Below are positions 38,990 through 49,072 of a stretch of 64,000 nt of DNA, piece after piece. The stretch spans positions 352,001-416,000 of the forward strand of contig CAXRHT010000003.1 in the NCBI GenBank assembly GCA_964230645.1, in the 5' to 3' direction. This DNA is from Bdellovibrionales bacterium (lineage in GTDB: Bacteria; Bdellovibrionota; Bdellovibrionia; Bdellovibrionales; JAGQZY01). Within the stretch, counting starts at the first letter, position 1. The number at the start of each line of letters is the position of its first letter. The position numbers and the translations under genes were made by a program. The notes beneath the pieces were generated by a model. The model did no database searches. It saw only the letters and a list, made by a program, of their open reading frames with translations, and was not told where the DNA came from.

Positions 38990-41113
38990 ATGATTCGTCA
39001 GCTCATCAAACGCAATTTACTGAATAGCTATATGGCTTTATTCGTATTTCTCGGTCTGATTGGATTGTCCTATGTTTTTTTAAACAAGGTTAATCTAACT
39101 CCGCAAGTGGAGTCTGACTTTTTCTTTTCTGAAGACAGTCAAATTTATAAGAACGATGTCAGAATTTATAAAAAATTCCTTGTTGGTGATTCTATACTAC
39201 TAACCATACCCAATAAAGATATTACGACACCCGCTTATTTGCAGTTTATTGAGCGCCTCAGCCAACGGCTAAAAAAAGTAAAGGGTGTTAATTCCGTTCA
39301 GAGCATGACTCACGGACCAGAGGACATAAAAGCAGCCCTGCAAAACCCAATGTGGCGTCGTTATATAGATACTAAATCTCGTAAAAACTCTTTGATAATT
39401 TGTTGGATTGATATTGATCAAGTGAAAACAATTGTTCCTGAAATAAAATCGATCATTCGTCAAAAAGAGTTTAGCATTCGCAATGTCTATATTTCCGGAA
39501 TTCCATACATTATCGAAGAGATCCGCAGAATGCTGAGTGAAGATATGAAAACTTTTATGGTGGGAGCCGTTGCGATTAGCTCGGCTGTGCTACTGTGTAT
39601 TTTTCTCTCTTTTTTAGTGACGATTGGTGCTATGGTCGCCGCCTTAAGTGCCGCTGTTCTAACTTTGACCGTGCAGCATTTTTTGGGTGTGCCGGTAGGG
39701 ATTCTAACGGCCAATTTGGGTGCCATCGTTTATGTGTTAACAATTTCACATATTGTTTTTCTAACCTCTAATTGGCGCCAAGATCGTCATGAAGAAAAGA
39801 AACTCAGATTAGCATCCACTATAACCACCACTTTACCAGCCTCTTTCTGGGCTATGGCGACCACTGTCTTTGGCTTTGGAAGTCTGATTTTTGTTGAGGC
39901 GAAACCTCTTCAACAACTCGGAATGGGTGGGAGTCTGGGAACTCTTGCCGCATTTTTAGGGGCTTATCTCGTTTATCCCATATTTTTGTATTTCTCTAAA
40001 AGTGGCAAAAAGAAGTCGGAGGATAAGAAATCGAAATTCCCTCTCCCTCTTCCTCTGGGCTTTGCGGTGCCTCTCGCCCTTGTGATTGTCGGTGGGGCTG
40101 GATTTTTAATGTACAAAGGTCTTCCCACTCTAAACACCGATCCTTCACTTCTGACCTATTTCAAAGAATCTCAAGATGTTTATAAAGGAATTCGTACTGT
40201 CGACCGCTATGGTGGTAGTAACCCTCTAAATTTTGTGGTGAGCGATAGAGAGGGAAATAAATTAAAAAACGAAAAGAATTTCAAAAAAATGATGGATCTG
40301 CAAAAAGATTTGGAGTCCCATCCGGCGGTGGGCTCAGTGCTCTCTTTGGCGACTCTCATGGCCGAGAGTCAAACCAACTGGTTGGCGCGCCTTCTTCCAT
40401 GGGGAACGGTGTTGAGTGTTCTTTCTCGCTCTGAATACGATAAGGTGGCCCGGGGATTTGTGACAGAGGATAAAGCACAGGCTCTCTATATAGTCCGAAT
40501 GAAAGAAACGGGGCGAAAACTTGATCGTTACAAAATTGTGAATCATTTGATGGCCAAGCCTCGAAAACACAATCTACGATTAGATCTGGTCGGCGGAAGT
40601 TATTATTTACAAAGCGAATTGGCGCGGAAAATCCGTAATTCCATGAAAACTGGTGTGGCCGCACTTGTGGGCCTATTCGCTATCATCATTTTTCTCATTT
40701 CTCTTTCTTTTATAACCACCTTCAATGCCGCCCTAACCATCGCTGCTACCACTAGTTTGTTTTTGGGCACATTGGGATGGTTCAAGATCCCCGTGGATAT
40801 TATTTCCTCACCGGCTGTTAATATTATTTTAGGCTTAGCCGTTGATGGAATGATTCATATGATTTTAGCAGCAAAAAGAGCGTCGCGGGAGTCACGAATG
40901 GACAAGGCCGGCTGGAAAGCGGGTGTAAAAAGTCAGGGCCCTGCTATTATGATCTCTGGATTTGTAATTGCCTCAGGATTTAGCGTTTTCTACCTCTCAA
41001 GCTTTCCTCCGAGCCAGCGCTTTGGGCTAGGAATCGTTTTTGGCTCTATCGTGGCAATGCTTCTGACTCTGCTGGTATTTCCTCATCTCTGCCTTCTTTT
41101 TAAAAGAAAATAG
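38990..41113 (+). CDS. MMPL/RND-family membrane transporter
   Basis: Two repeats of (TM, extracytoplasmic loop, 5 TM); TT.FGF.SL, GLAVD..IH and FPP.Q.FG motifs. Confidence 0.85.
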   Translation: MIRQLIKRNLLNSYMALFVFLGLIGLSYVFLNKVNLTPQVESDFFFSEDSQIYKNDVRIYKKFLVGDSILLTIPNKDITTPAYLQFIERLSQRLKKVKGVNSVQSMTHGPEDIKAALQNPMWRRYIDTKSRKNSLIICWIDIDQVKTIVPEIKSIIRQKEFSIRNVYISGIPYIIEEIRRMLSEDMKTFMVGAVAISSAVLLCIFLSFLVTIGAMVAALSAAVLTLTVQHFLGVPVGILTANLGAIVYVLTISHIVFLTSNWRQDRHEEKKLRLASTITTTLPASFWAMATTVFGFGSLIFVEAKPLQQLGMGGSLGTLAAFLGAYLVYPIFLYFSKSGKKKSEDKKSKFPLPLPLGFAVPLALVIVGGAGFLMYKGLPTLNTDPSLLTYFKESQDVYKGIRTVDRYGGSNPLNFVVSDREGNKLKNEKNFKKMMDLQKDLESHPAVGSVLSLATLMAESQTNWLARLLPWGTVLSVLSRSEYDKVARGFVTEDKAQALYIVRMKETGRKLDRYKIVNHLMAKPRKHNLRLDLVGGSYYLQSELARKIRNSMKTGVAALVGLFAIIIFLISLSFITTFNAALTIAATTSLFLGTLGWFKIPVDIISSPAVNIILGLAVDGMIHMILAAKRASRESRMDKAGWKAGVKSQGPAIMISGFVIASGFSVFYLSSFPPSQRFGLGIVFGSIVAMLLTLLVFPHLCLLFKRK

Positions 41114-41160
41114 AAGCGAGCTGTTTGCTATCATATCAAAATTGTATTAGTTGATTTCTC

Positions 41161-42204
41161 ATGGATTTTGCAAAAACCTGCTACTTTACCATTGCCGTTT
41201 TTATGATCGTGCTCACCCTTCATGATGTGATTTTAACAGTTCTCAGTCATCAGGGAGCCGGTCCCATCACTAATTTTTGGACCAAGCGTGTGTGGAGAAT
41301 TGTGCGTTGGTTTAAAAATAGCTGCAATATCGACTTTTTCTATCGTTACGCTGGTCCCGCTTTTTTATTAGGAATCATCGCCGTTTGGTATGTTCTTTTG
41401 AATCTCAGCTGGTTAATACTTCTTTATGTGGGTGACTATACGGTTAAAGGACAAAAAGGGGAAACGGTCCTTGAATTAACGGACTACCTCTACTTTTTAT
41501 CCTCTACATTTACCACATTAGGCCTTGGAGACTATGTACCCACGGGTTTTCCGTGGACAATGGTTGTAACCTCGGGCGCATTGGTAATGTCATTTTTAAC
41601 CACCCTCTCTATTTCTTATATAATCCCGATCGTTTCTGCCGTAGTCGATCGACGCAAAATGATCAGTGCTATTGATATCATAGGAACGACTCCAAAAGAT
41701 ATTATCGCTATGTGCTGGGAGGGAGAGCGTGCCGGCGCTTTGGACTCTGAAATATTGGGGATGTCTGACAGTATCATTAGGGAGTCTTACCGTTCCCATG
41801 TTTATCCTATTTTAAGTTATTTTAATTTTGGTGACTCGCACAGCACCCTCAACGTGGCCATGCTTAATCTTCATGACGCCATTGCTGTTCAAGATTTAAA
41901 AGAAATAGAAAAACAAGACTTAGACCGACCGAAGGTGATTTACCTTCTAAGAGCCTTTGATCTCTATATTCAAAACTTGCGCTATAAGCTCTCTGAAGAA
42001 CCTGATTTTAAATGCAGTCATCAGGATTTTATTCGGCTTCTAGAGGAGATCATTGGTAAAGAAGCCCTAAGGGGCAAAAAAGAAGAGATCGATCAGCATC
42101 TTAAACGCCGAGAAGAACTGCTGAAATTGGTCTATATGGAAGGTCGCATTGGAGTCAGTGGCGAGGGTGAGCTCAGACACCCTTACTACCTAAATTTGGT
42201 CTAG
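41161..42204 (+). CDS. Potassium-channel-family membrane protein
   Basis: YLYF..STFTTLGLGD pore/filter-like motif flanked by TM helices; YPIL.YF motif. Confidence 0.8.
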   Translation: MDFAKTCYFTIAVFMIVLTLHDVILTVLSHQGAGPITNFWTKRVWRIVRWFKNSCNIDFFYRYAGPAFLLGIIAVWYVLLNLSWLILLYVGDYTVKGQKGETVLELTDYLYFLSSTFTTLGLGDYVPTGFPWTMVVTSGALVMSFLTTLSISYIIPIVSAVVDRRKMISAIDIIGTTPKDIIAMCWEGERAGALDSEILGMSDSIIRESYRSHVYPILSYFNFGDSHSTLNVAMLNLHDAIAVQDLKEIEKQDLDRPKVIYLLRAFDLYIQNLRYKLSEEPDFKCSHQDFIRLLEEIIGKEALRGKKEEIDQHLKRREELLKLVYMEGRIGVSGEGELRHPYYLNLV

Positions 42205-42248
42205 CAAAGGGAGCTCACCTATTTAATGTGAACCCCTTTTCATTCTTT

Positions 42249-42848
42249 TTATAGTTTTTCCGTTTGTAAGTTTAATGAGAGCTGGATGTCGTCATCGATG
42301 ACTTTGTCTTTAGGAATACTAATCGCTTTCTTTAAAAAGCTGGCTTCAGAATTGTATTTCACATCATATTTCGCACGATCAAATTTGATTTCACCTTTGG
42401 CGACCATGGTTTTGCCATTTTTTTCTACGATAACTTCGAAGGTTTCAGGATGAGTTTTACCGCGAATTGTGAGGTTACCGGTCACCGTGTAAACATTGCT
42501 ACGTCCAGGCTCTACTTTTGTAATCTTGTAGCTGGCCTCTTTGTGCTCTTTTGTGTTGAAGAAGTCGTCAGACTCTAAGTGTCCCTCGAGCTTCTTTTTC
42601 CATTTGCCGGAAAGATCACTGTCTTCAATGCTTGTCATATCGATCACAAGAGAGCCACCGACTAATTTATTATCTTTATCGAGCTTCACCGTCCCTTTTT
42701 TGATTTTGACAGTGCCTGTATGGGAGTCGTCACCCACTATTTTCTTTCCTGTCCACTTAATTTTGCTCGCATCAGTGTCAATAGGCACCTGTTTAGCGGA
42801 AGCAAAGTGAAAGGTTGCCATTAAAATCAGAATCAGACTCAGTCTCAT
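42249..42848 (-). CDS. YceI-family polyisoprenoid/lipid-binding protein
   Basis: Signal peptide; S.I.W.G.K, H.G, HL.S.DFF, GNLTIRG, DR..YD..Y. Confidence 0.9.
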   Translation of the reverse strand: MRLSLILILMATFHFASAKQVPIDTDASKIKWTGKKIVGDDSHTGTVKIKKGTVKLDKDNKLVGGSLVIDMTSIEDSDLSGKWKKKLEGHLESDDFFNTKEHKEASYKITKVEPGRSNVYTVTGNLTIRGKTHPETFEVIVEKNGKTMVAKGEIKFDRAKYDVKYNSEASFLKKAISIPKDKVIDDDIQLSLNLQTEKL

Positions 42849-43075
42849 AGGTCCTCCTTAAAGGTTGGAAAGCGTCGTCATACTAATCAGAAAGGAAATT
42901 GATAGAAAGCACTTTCCTCGAATGATGTCGCAAGGCGCATGACAGGCTCCGTCTTTAGCCTCCTCTAAAGGCTTAAAATTCTGAAGAGAATCTTCATTGG
43001 ATGGTCGATTTTTTAAACAAGGCGTCCTATAATAGAGGATAGTGAATTGTGCGGATTTTAGGCAGGAGGTCTATA

Positions 43076-45865
43076 GTGTTCAACGGAATGAAATTTGATA
43101 CCTTTACTCTCGATAACGACCTTCAGGTATTAGCTATTAGCGATGAGCGGTTTGTGAAGTCTTCAGCGGCTTTGGCAGTGATGGCTGGAAGCATGCAAAA
43201 CCCTGACGAACATCTTGGTTTGGCTCATTTTCTGGAGCATATGTTATTTTTGGGAACGAAAGAGTATCCTCAAGTGGGTGAGTACGAGGATTTCCTCAAT
43301 AAAAATGGAGGAGGGCACAATGCCTACACTTCCATTGATCACACCAATTATTTTTTCGATATCACTCATCCGAACTTTGAAGGGGCATTAAAACGTTTCT
43401 CACGCTTTTTCGTCTCACCAACCTTTGATGACCAATATGTGGAACGAGAAAAGAACGCTGTACACAGTGAGCATGAGAAAAATCTCAAAGAGGATGGGCG
43501 AAGGGAATATCGTTTTTTACAAATAATGACGGACCCGAATCACCCTTTCTCCAAATTTGCTACTGGTGATAGAGAGACATTAAAAGACGCCAATAGAGAC
43601 GTGGTGATGGATTTTTACAATAATCATTACTCTTCAAACTTGATGCGGCTAGTTCTAATGAGCCCACAAGATACCGACTCTTTGAAAGCTTTGGCAAAAA
43701 AACATTTCTCCGATATTCCTAACAAAAAAATACCCATGCCAACCTATAGCGATAGTCTATTTTCCAATAAGGAAATCCCAAAATTTCACCATGTCGAATC
43801 GGTGAGAGATCGTGATATGTTGAAAATCAGCTTTGATATGCCCGATGATATGCCTTATTGGGAGTCCAAACCCACCCAATTTCTCGCTCATTTGTTAGGC
43901 GAAGAGGGAGAAGGCTCTTTGCTTTCCTATTTGAAAGAAAAAGGCTTAGCTTTAGGACTAGAGACTTCGACCTGGTGGAGAATGTTTCATATTAAAGTTC
44001 AACTGACCGATCACGGAAAAGAGGAGTACGAGGAAGTTATTAAATCTTGTTTTTCTTATATTCAATTGCTCAAAAAAGAGGGACTCAAGGAGTATGTTTT
44101 CAGAGAAAGACAAAAATTGGCTGATATTGAATTAAAGTACATTGAGCCCAAGAGCTCCATGGGAAGAGCCAGTCAGTACAGTGCTTCCATGCTTTACTTT
44201 CCGGTCGAAAGCTTTTTAAGTCATTACTACCTTTATCATAAATATTCCCAGGAGGACTTTAAGAATTTCCTTTCTCATTTGCATGTGGAAAATATGCAGG
44301 TCTCCCTTTTTACCAAGGAATCCATTGGTGATCAGTTGGAGCCCTTTTATGGAATAGGATTTCGTTCTAAAGACTTTGCGCCCGAATTTATCGAGGATCT
44401 AAAAAACGACAAAGTGATTGAGGGGCTTAAGTATCCAGAAGCCAATCCCTTCGTGCCCACGGATTTAGATTTGATTAGTGATCCGGTCATTGGTGAGCCC
44501 AAAAGTGAAGTCTACAAGAAATTTTCCACCATTTTCTCACAGGTGGATACGGATCTTAAAATACCCAAAGGTTCAATTTCCCTTTCCTTTGTTTCCGATG
44601 CCATAAAAGGAGATCCTAAAAAGTATTTGATGGCTAAGTTTTTTGTAAAACTGAAAAGAGAAGAGCTTAATGAGTGGGGTTATCCGGCAAGGCTTGCTGG
44701 TTTTAATTTTAATGTATCACATGGCTATAACACGATCACCTTGGATGTGAATGGCTTCTCTCAACATCTTACAAAACTTCTTAAACTTCTCATTGAAGAC
44801 AAAGAAAACAAAAGAAGTATCAATCACGTTGAAGTGAGCGAAAAAACTTTTGCTAGTATAAAGAAAAAAGTTCGTAAATCTCTTGAAAATAGAGAGTACG
44901 ATGCGGCTTACCAGCAACTACTTTCAGAGAATAGTTATCTATTTTCCTCGGCTTCTGTGCATCACTCTAAATATGTTGATCTAATTGATGACCTGACTAT
45001 GGAGGAGATCAACCAATTTGCTAAAGAGTTTTTCAGTCGTGTGGCCGTAAGAGCCTTCACCTATGGAAACATTGAGGGCGATGAGGTTAAGCCAGCCATT
45101 GACGATTTTTTTGAACGCTTCAAAGCTCAAGGTCTCACCGAAAAAGATGTGGAGGAGTTTGAAAATAAATTTCCTGAAATTCCCGCTGGCAAGCATCTGA
45201 TTCAGTACACCGGTCAGAACAACAACAATGCCCAGCTGAGCTTTTATAAAGGAACGGAATGGAATTTAGAGAACCAGGCACAAATTGATGTTCTTTCAAA
45301 AATAATAGAGCAGCCTTATTTCACTGAGTTACGTACCAATCAACAGCTTGGCTATGTCGTAGCCGCCTTTGGTTCCTCAAGTCATGGTTTTTGTGGGCTG
45401 GGTTGTTTGATTCAATCGCAAACCCATTCAGCCGATGATATTTATAGTCGGTCTCATGATTTTTTGAGTGAATTTATGACGACTGTGAAGGAAAAGGTCA
45501 CAGATCAAGATGTTGAGATGATCAAGCACTCGATCATCTCTGAAATAAAGCAAACCCCGAATTCCATGGGAGAGCGTTTATCGCGATTTACGCTCATGGC
45601 TGGGACCTATCATGGAGACTTCGAGTTTTTTAATAAAATGGCTCATCGGGTGCAGCAAGTGACGGCTCAAAGTTTGATTGCATTTATAGAAAAGAACCTG
45701 GATTTTTCAAAGAATGATATTACCTCTTTGGTTCTCTTTTTTAACGGGATGAATAAGCTGGACAAGAAAATTCCAGAAGGGCTCACGCTTATTGAGGATC
45801 CTCAGACTTTTGTGGCGGGGCTTCCCAAAATTCAACCCTACAAACATTGTGATCAACTAACGTAA
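43076..45865 (+). CDS. M16A insulinase/pitrilysin-family zinc peptidase
   Basis: GLAHFLEHMLFLGT (HxxEH), NAYT, RE..AV.SE, LRT.QQLGY. AGGAGG RBS supports GTG 43076; no signal peptide. Confidence 0.92.
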   Translation: MFNGMKFDTFTLDNDLQVLAISDERFVKSSAALAVMAGSMQNPDEHLGLAHFLEHMLFLGTKEYPQVGEYEDFLNKNGGGHNAYTSIDHTNYFFDITHPNFEGALKRFSRFFVSPTFDDQYVEREKNAVHSEHEKNLKEDGRREYRFLQIMTDPNHPFSKFATGDRETLKDANRDVVMDFYNNHYSSNLMRLVLMSPQDTDSLKALAKKHFSDIPNKKIPMPTYSDSLFSNKEIPKFHHVESVRDRDMLKISFDMPDDMPYWESKPTQFLAHLLGEEGEGSLLSYLKEKGLALGLETSTWWRMFHIKVQLTDHGKEEYEEVIKSCFSYIQLLKKEGLKEYVFRERQKLADIELKYIEPKSSMGRASQYSASMLYFPVESFLSHYYLYHKYSQEDFKNFLSHLHVENMQVSLFTKESIGDQLEPFYGIGFRSKDFAPEFIEDLKNDKVIEGLKYPEANPFVPTDLDLISDPVIGEPKSEVYKKFSTIFSQVDTDLKIPKGSISLSFVSDAIKGDPKKYLMAKFFVKLKREELNEWGYPARLAGFNFNVSHGYNTITLDVNGFSQHLTKLLKLLIEDKENKRSINHVEVSEKTFASIKKKVRKSLENREYDAAYQQLLSENSYLFSSASVHHSKYVDLIDDLTMEEINQFAKEFFSRVAVRAFTYGNIEGDEVKPAIDDFFERFKAQGLTEKDVEEFENKFPEIPAGKHLIQYTGQNNNNAQLSFYKGTEWNLENQAQIDVLSKIIEQPYFTELRTNQQLGYVVAAFGSSSHGFCGLGCLIQSQTHSADDIYSRSHDFLSEFMTTVKEKVTDQDVEMIKHSIISEIKQTPNSMGERLSRFTLMAGTYHGDFEFFNKMAHRVQQVTAQSLIAFIEKNLDFSKNDITSLVLFFNGMNKLDKKIPEGLTLIEDPQTFVAGLPKIQPYKHCDQLT

Positions 45866-45879
45866 AAAAACGCTCAAAA

Positions 45880-45910
45880 GGCCCTAGACCTATGTCTAGA
45901 GCCTTATTTC
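45880..45910 (+). terminator. Probable terminator hairpin after the M16 peptidase gene
   Basis: GGC(C)CTAGAC-CTAT-GTCTAG(A)GCC followed by TTATTT. Confidence 0.45.
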
Positions 45911-45916
45911 ATATTC

Positions 45917-45986
45917 TGTGGAAAACTCTGTAGATAAGCCCAGATAATGGGGATAAATTACTTTTTCTAATGTGAACTTATCTACA
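45917..45986. promoter_or_regulatory. Cluster of DnaA-box-like 9-mers
   Basis: TGTGGAAAA 45917, TGTAGATAA 45929, TGGGGATAA 45948 and TTATCTACA 45978, each one mismatch from TTATCCACA/TGTGGATAA. Confidence 0.7.
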
Positions 45987-46115
45987 CATTTTGAGGTAAG
46001 TTTTATTTTTAACCTAGAAAAACAGAGACTTAGTTAAGAATGAGAGTTGACCCTGTTCTGAAATGTATTGTCGCGCTTACATTAAATAAAATTAATTGAT
46101 TATAAAGAGAACTCT

Positions 46116-46523
46116 TTATTTTTTTTGAATACTAAAACCGACTTTTTTGATTCCAGATCCTTTGATCGTATCGATGATTTCAGTCAAACCACTTAAGGTG
46201 ACATCTTTATCTGCAGTCAGAATCACAGAAGCATCTGCCGATTTCTTGGATTCTATGGCTACTTTTTCCTTTAGCTCAGGAAGACTGACCACTGAGCCAT
46301 CGTAATAAACCTGTCCATCTTTTCTCACCACCACCTCAATGGTTTTAGGAGCTTCTTTGACTTCGCCGGAGGAAGCTTCAGGCAGACTCACATCAATACT
46401 TGGCTTTAAAACTAAGGGAGCCGTTACCATAAAGATAATCAAAACAACCAAAATGATATCGACCAGGGGAACGACGTTTATTTCTGCTATGGGTTCATCA
46501 GAGTCGGGATTGATTCCTGCCAT
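46116..46523 (-). CDS. exbD: ExbD/TolR-family protein
   Basis: EINVVPLVDIILVVLIIFMVTAP, LP.A, ADK. The start at ATG 46523 overlaps the exbB stop (TAATG). Confidence 0.88.
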   Translation of the reverse strand: MAGINPDSDEPIAEINVVPLVDIILVVLIIFMVTAPLVLKPSIDVSLPEASSGEVKEAPKTIEVVVRKDGQVYYDGSVVSLPELKEKVAIESKKSADASVILTADKDVTLSGLTEIIDTIKGSGIKKVGFSIQKK

Positions 46524-47155
46524 TAAGACTTTCCTTTGCTTTTTGCGTAGGCCAAACAAAGCTCTCTTGCTACGTCAATGGATTGTAAGCTCTGGCGAAC
46601 TTGTTTTTGAAAGTAGTTGTAGCCAATGACCGCTGGGATTGCGACAAATAGGCCCACAGCTGTAGCGACAAGGGCATGGGCAATACCAGCCATCACAGCA
46701 TCGTTACCACCACCACCACTGGCAGCGAGATCACTAAAGGCTTTCATAATTCCTAGCACTGTACCCAAAAGACCCACGAAGGGAGCGTTGGATCCCACGG
46801 TAGCGAGAAAGTTTAGGTTTTTCTCAAGTTTTGGTTTTTCAATCATTAAATAGGAATTAAACACTTCCGCTAAACCATCAGCGCCATCCCTTTTGACATG
46901 CCGAAGACCATAATTAAGGGCTCGACCCGGCAGACTGTCTTTATTTTTTGCTAGATCTTCAAGTTCCTCAAGAGTGTGACCTTGTAAAATATCTTGGGCC
47001 TTCATGCGAAAATCAGTATTTTTGTTATAAATACTTCTCAGTGTGATGAATCTTTCGATGATCATTCCAATGCTTAGCACACTAGTTATTAAAAGGAGCC
47101 AAAGTAAGACTTCAGCACTTCCTTGGGATAGGACAAAAAACTTGTCAACGAGCAT
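46523..47155 (-). CDS. exbB: MotA/TolQ/ExbB proton-channel protein
   Basis: FLATVGSNAPFVGLLGTVLGIM.AF and GIA.ALVATA.GL.VAIPA motifs. Confidence 0.9.
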   Translation of the reverse strand: MLVDKFFVLSQGSAEVLLWLLLITSVLSIGMIIERFITLRSIYNKNTDFRMKAQDILQGHTLEELEDLAKNKDSLPGRALNYGLRHVKRDGADGLAEVFNSYLMIEKPKLEKNLNFLATVGSNAPFVGLLGTVLGIMKAFSDLAASGGGGNDAVMAGIAHALVATAVGLFVAIPAVIGYNYFQKQVRQSLQSIDVARELCLAYAKSKGKS

Positions 47156-47244
47156 GGTTTCTCCTGGGAAATTCCGTTATTTGGCAAGGCGCTTGCCTCT
47201 ACCTCTTATTTTATTACAATGGACATACCAGAGGAGGTCAAGAT

Positions 47245-49059
47245 TTGGGAGACTTTCGTCGTCAGTGGGCGATTTTTTTTAATAAGCTGAATCTAGGTCC
47301 TGTCCTATCAACTATGATGTTACTAGGGCTTGTTTCTTGCTCACCATTTGCCTCTAAGAAGCCCTCAGTTATTGTGGTTTTACTAGAGTCTCTGACTGAG
47401 GACGATTACCTTTGCTCTGAGATGAGGTGGACGGAGAATTTACCAGCCTTACAAGAAGAGTGTACCCAGTTTGTTCGGTTCACGCATACTTTTGCCCCTT
47501 CTAATCTTACCCAGCCTAATTTAGCGTCTCTGATGACTGGTAAAGAAATAAGCGAGCATAAAGTCAGGCACAATGGAACCCAAGGGGTTTCAGCGAAGTT
47601 TCAGACTCTAGCTGAGTCCGCTTTGAACCTTAACATGAGAACGGGCTTTTTTTCTGGGGGAGTCCCTCTTTTACCAAAATTTGGGATTCGGCAAGGATTT
47701 GAAAACTATCGGGATGGATTCCAGAACCGTGAAAAAAGTGTCCATGTGCCTTTGCATGAAAACATGATGAGAAGTCTTGAATGGATTGATAAAGAAGTGG
47801 AAAGTGCACCGTTTTTTCTAACTCTATACGCTCCCGATCTACTCTACAAAGACACTATCACTGTTGACAATATGGATGACGAAAGGCCTGTGGGCAGAAA
47901 TTCTAATCTGCAGGAAATTTATGAGTCCATGGATTTTTTTATTGGCGAATTAAAAAAGCGAAAGCTCTGGGAGAATTCTACGGTGATTTTTTTGGGTTTA
48001 GGTGGACGCCGAATATCTACGCGCCCGATCAATCCACTAACAGGACTACAGCTCCATGTGCCTTTGCAAATTAAATTAGCTAAAGGCATTGAGAGTAATA
48101 TTAAATCAATTGTTGGAGAGATGGCGTCTTTTGCGAAAGTGGGTGGGTGGATTGAAAAAATTGTTTTTCATCGTTCGTTTCGAGGCTCTCTCTTGTTCTC
48201 TCCTTCACCAGAAGAAAATTTTATTCCCCAGCAAAATGACTGGAGAAGGTGGCTAGGTCTCTCCAACTGGTCAACCATTGGCCTGAGAAGAAAGCAGTAT
48301 CTTTTTGTCTATAATCCCGAACTTAAAGTTTATGATAGTTTTTCTGACAAAGAGGAACTCGACCCTCTTCTTAATTCCGAAGCACAGAAGGTGGCCAAAA
48401 AATACGAGATCCCTAAGAAGATGAAAGCCTTTTTTCCCTCCCACTGTATGCCAGAACTTGGCGACAAAGATTGTAAAAAGCGAAAAACCCACAGGAAACA
48501 AATCGAAGGAGTCACGCGCCTGGTACGCTGGTCTGGCTTGGTGTTAAAATCAGAAAAGCCTGTGGATGAACTCTCTCAGTGGATCCGTGATGCAAGAAAG
48601 GAAAAAAACAAAATCATCATTAATTGGCTGGCTTACAGAGCTCTTTATCAAAAAAAATGGGGATTTTTACATGAGCTTGGCCAACTAAAAAAGGAGAAAA
48701 CCTGGAGGTATCTTGCTGCGGCCAACTTGAGAGAGGATATCCCAGGCAGACCCGAGGGTTGTTTACTTTATTTTTTTGAAGAGCATAAGAAGATTGATAA
48801 TTTCTACAAACATTGCAAAGACTCAGGTTTGCGTCGTGTGGTCGAGGGACTTCATCAGCTAAAAAACAAGCAAAGCCCCTCCAATGGATTTTGGGCGCAA
48901 GTAAATGAAATTAAAAATAAAAGAAGAGCGAAAATTTTAAATTTGAAAATGCTTTTCGTAAACGACATTGCTCAGCCTTTTGACTACAGCCCGGAACTCT
49001 CGGAGCTTTATTTTTTCCTTCCCGAGAACACCAGTTACCTTAAATATATCCAAATTTAG
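47245..49059 (+). CDS. Sulfatase-like hydrolase/transferase (degenerate active site), possible lipoprotein
   Basis: P.VIVVLLESL, F...F.PS..T.P..ASLMTG.....H.VRHNG, G..QGFE.Y, PFFL, LHVPL. LVSC lipobox-like segment; GGAGG before TTG 47245. Confidence 0.7.
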   Translation: MGDFRRQWAIFFNKLNLGPVLSTMMLLGLVSCSPFASKKPSVIVVLLESLTEDDYLCSEMRWTENLPALQEECTQFVRFTHTFAPSNLTQPNLASLMTGKEISEHKVRHNGTQGVSAKFQTLAESALNLNMRTGFFSGGVPLLPKFGIRQGFENYRDGFQNREKSVHVPLHENMMRSLEWIDKEVESAPFFLTLYAPDLLYKDTITVDNMDDERPVGRNSNLQEIYESMDFFIGELKKRKLWENSTVIFLGLGGRRISTRPINPLTGLQLHVPLQIKLAKGIESNIKSIVGEMASFAKVGGWIEKIVFHRSFRGSLLFSPSPEENFIPQQNDWRRWLGLSNWSTIGLRRKQYLFVYNPELKVYDSFSDKEELDPLLNSEAQKVAKKYEIPKKMKAFFPSHCMPELGDKDCKKRKTHRKQIEGVTRLVRWSGLVLKSEKPVDELSQWIRDARKEKNKIIINWLAYRALYQKKWGFLHELGQLKKEKTWRYLAAANLREDIPGRPEGCLLYFFEEHKKIDNFYKHCKDSGLRRVVEGLHQLKNKQSPSNGFWAQVNEIKNKRRAKILNLKMLFVNDIAQPFDYSPELSELYFFLPENTSYLKYIQI

Positions 49060-49072
49060 TACTGCTATCTTG

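Noticed and set aside
41148..41154. TAGTTGA half-site upstream of the channel gene as a second MarR operator
   Set aside because: The matching TCAACTA arm is absent.
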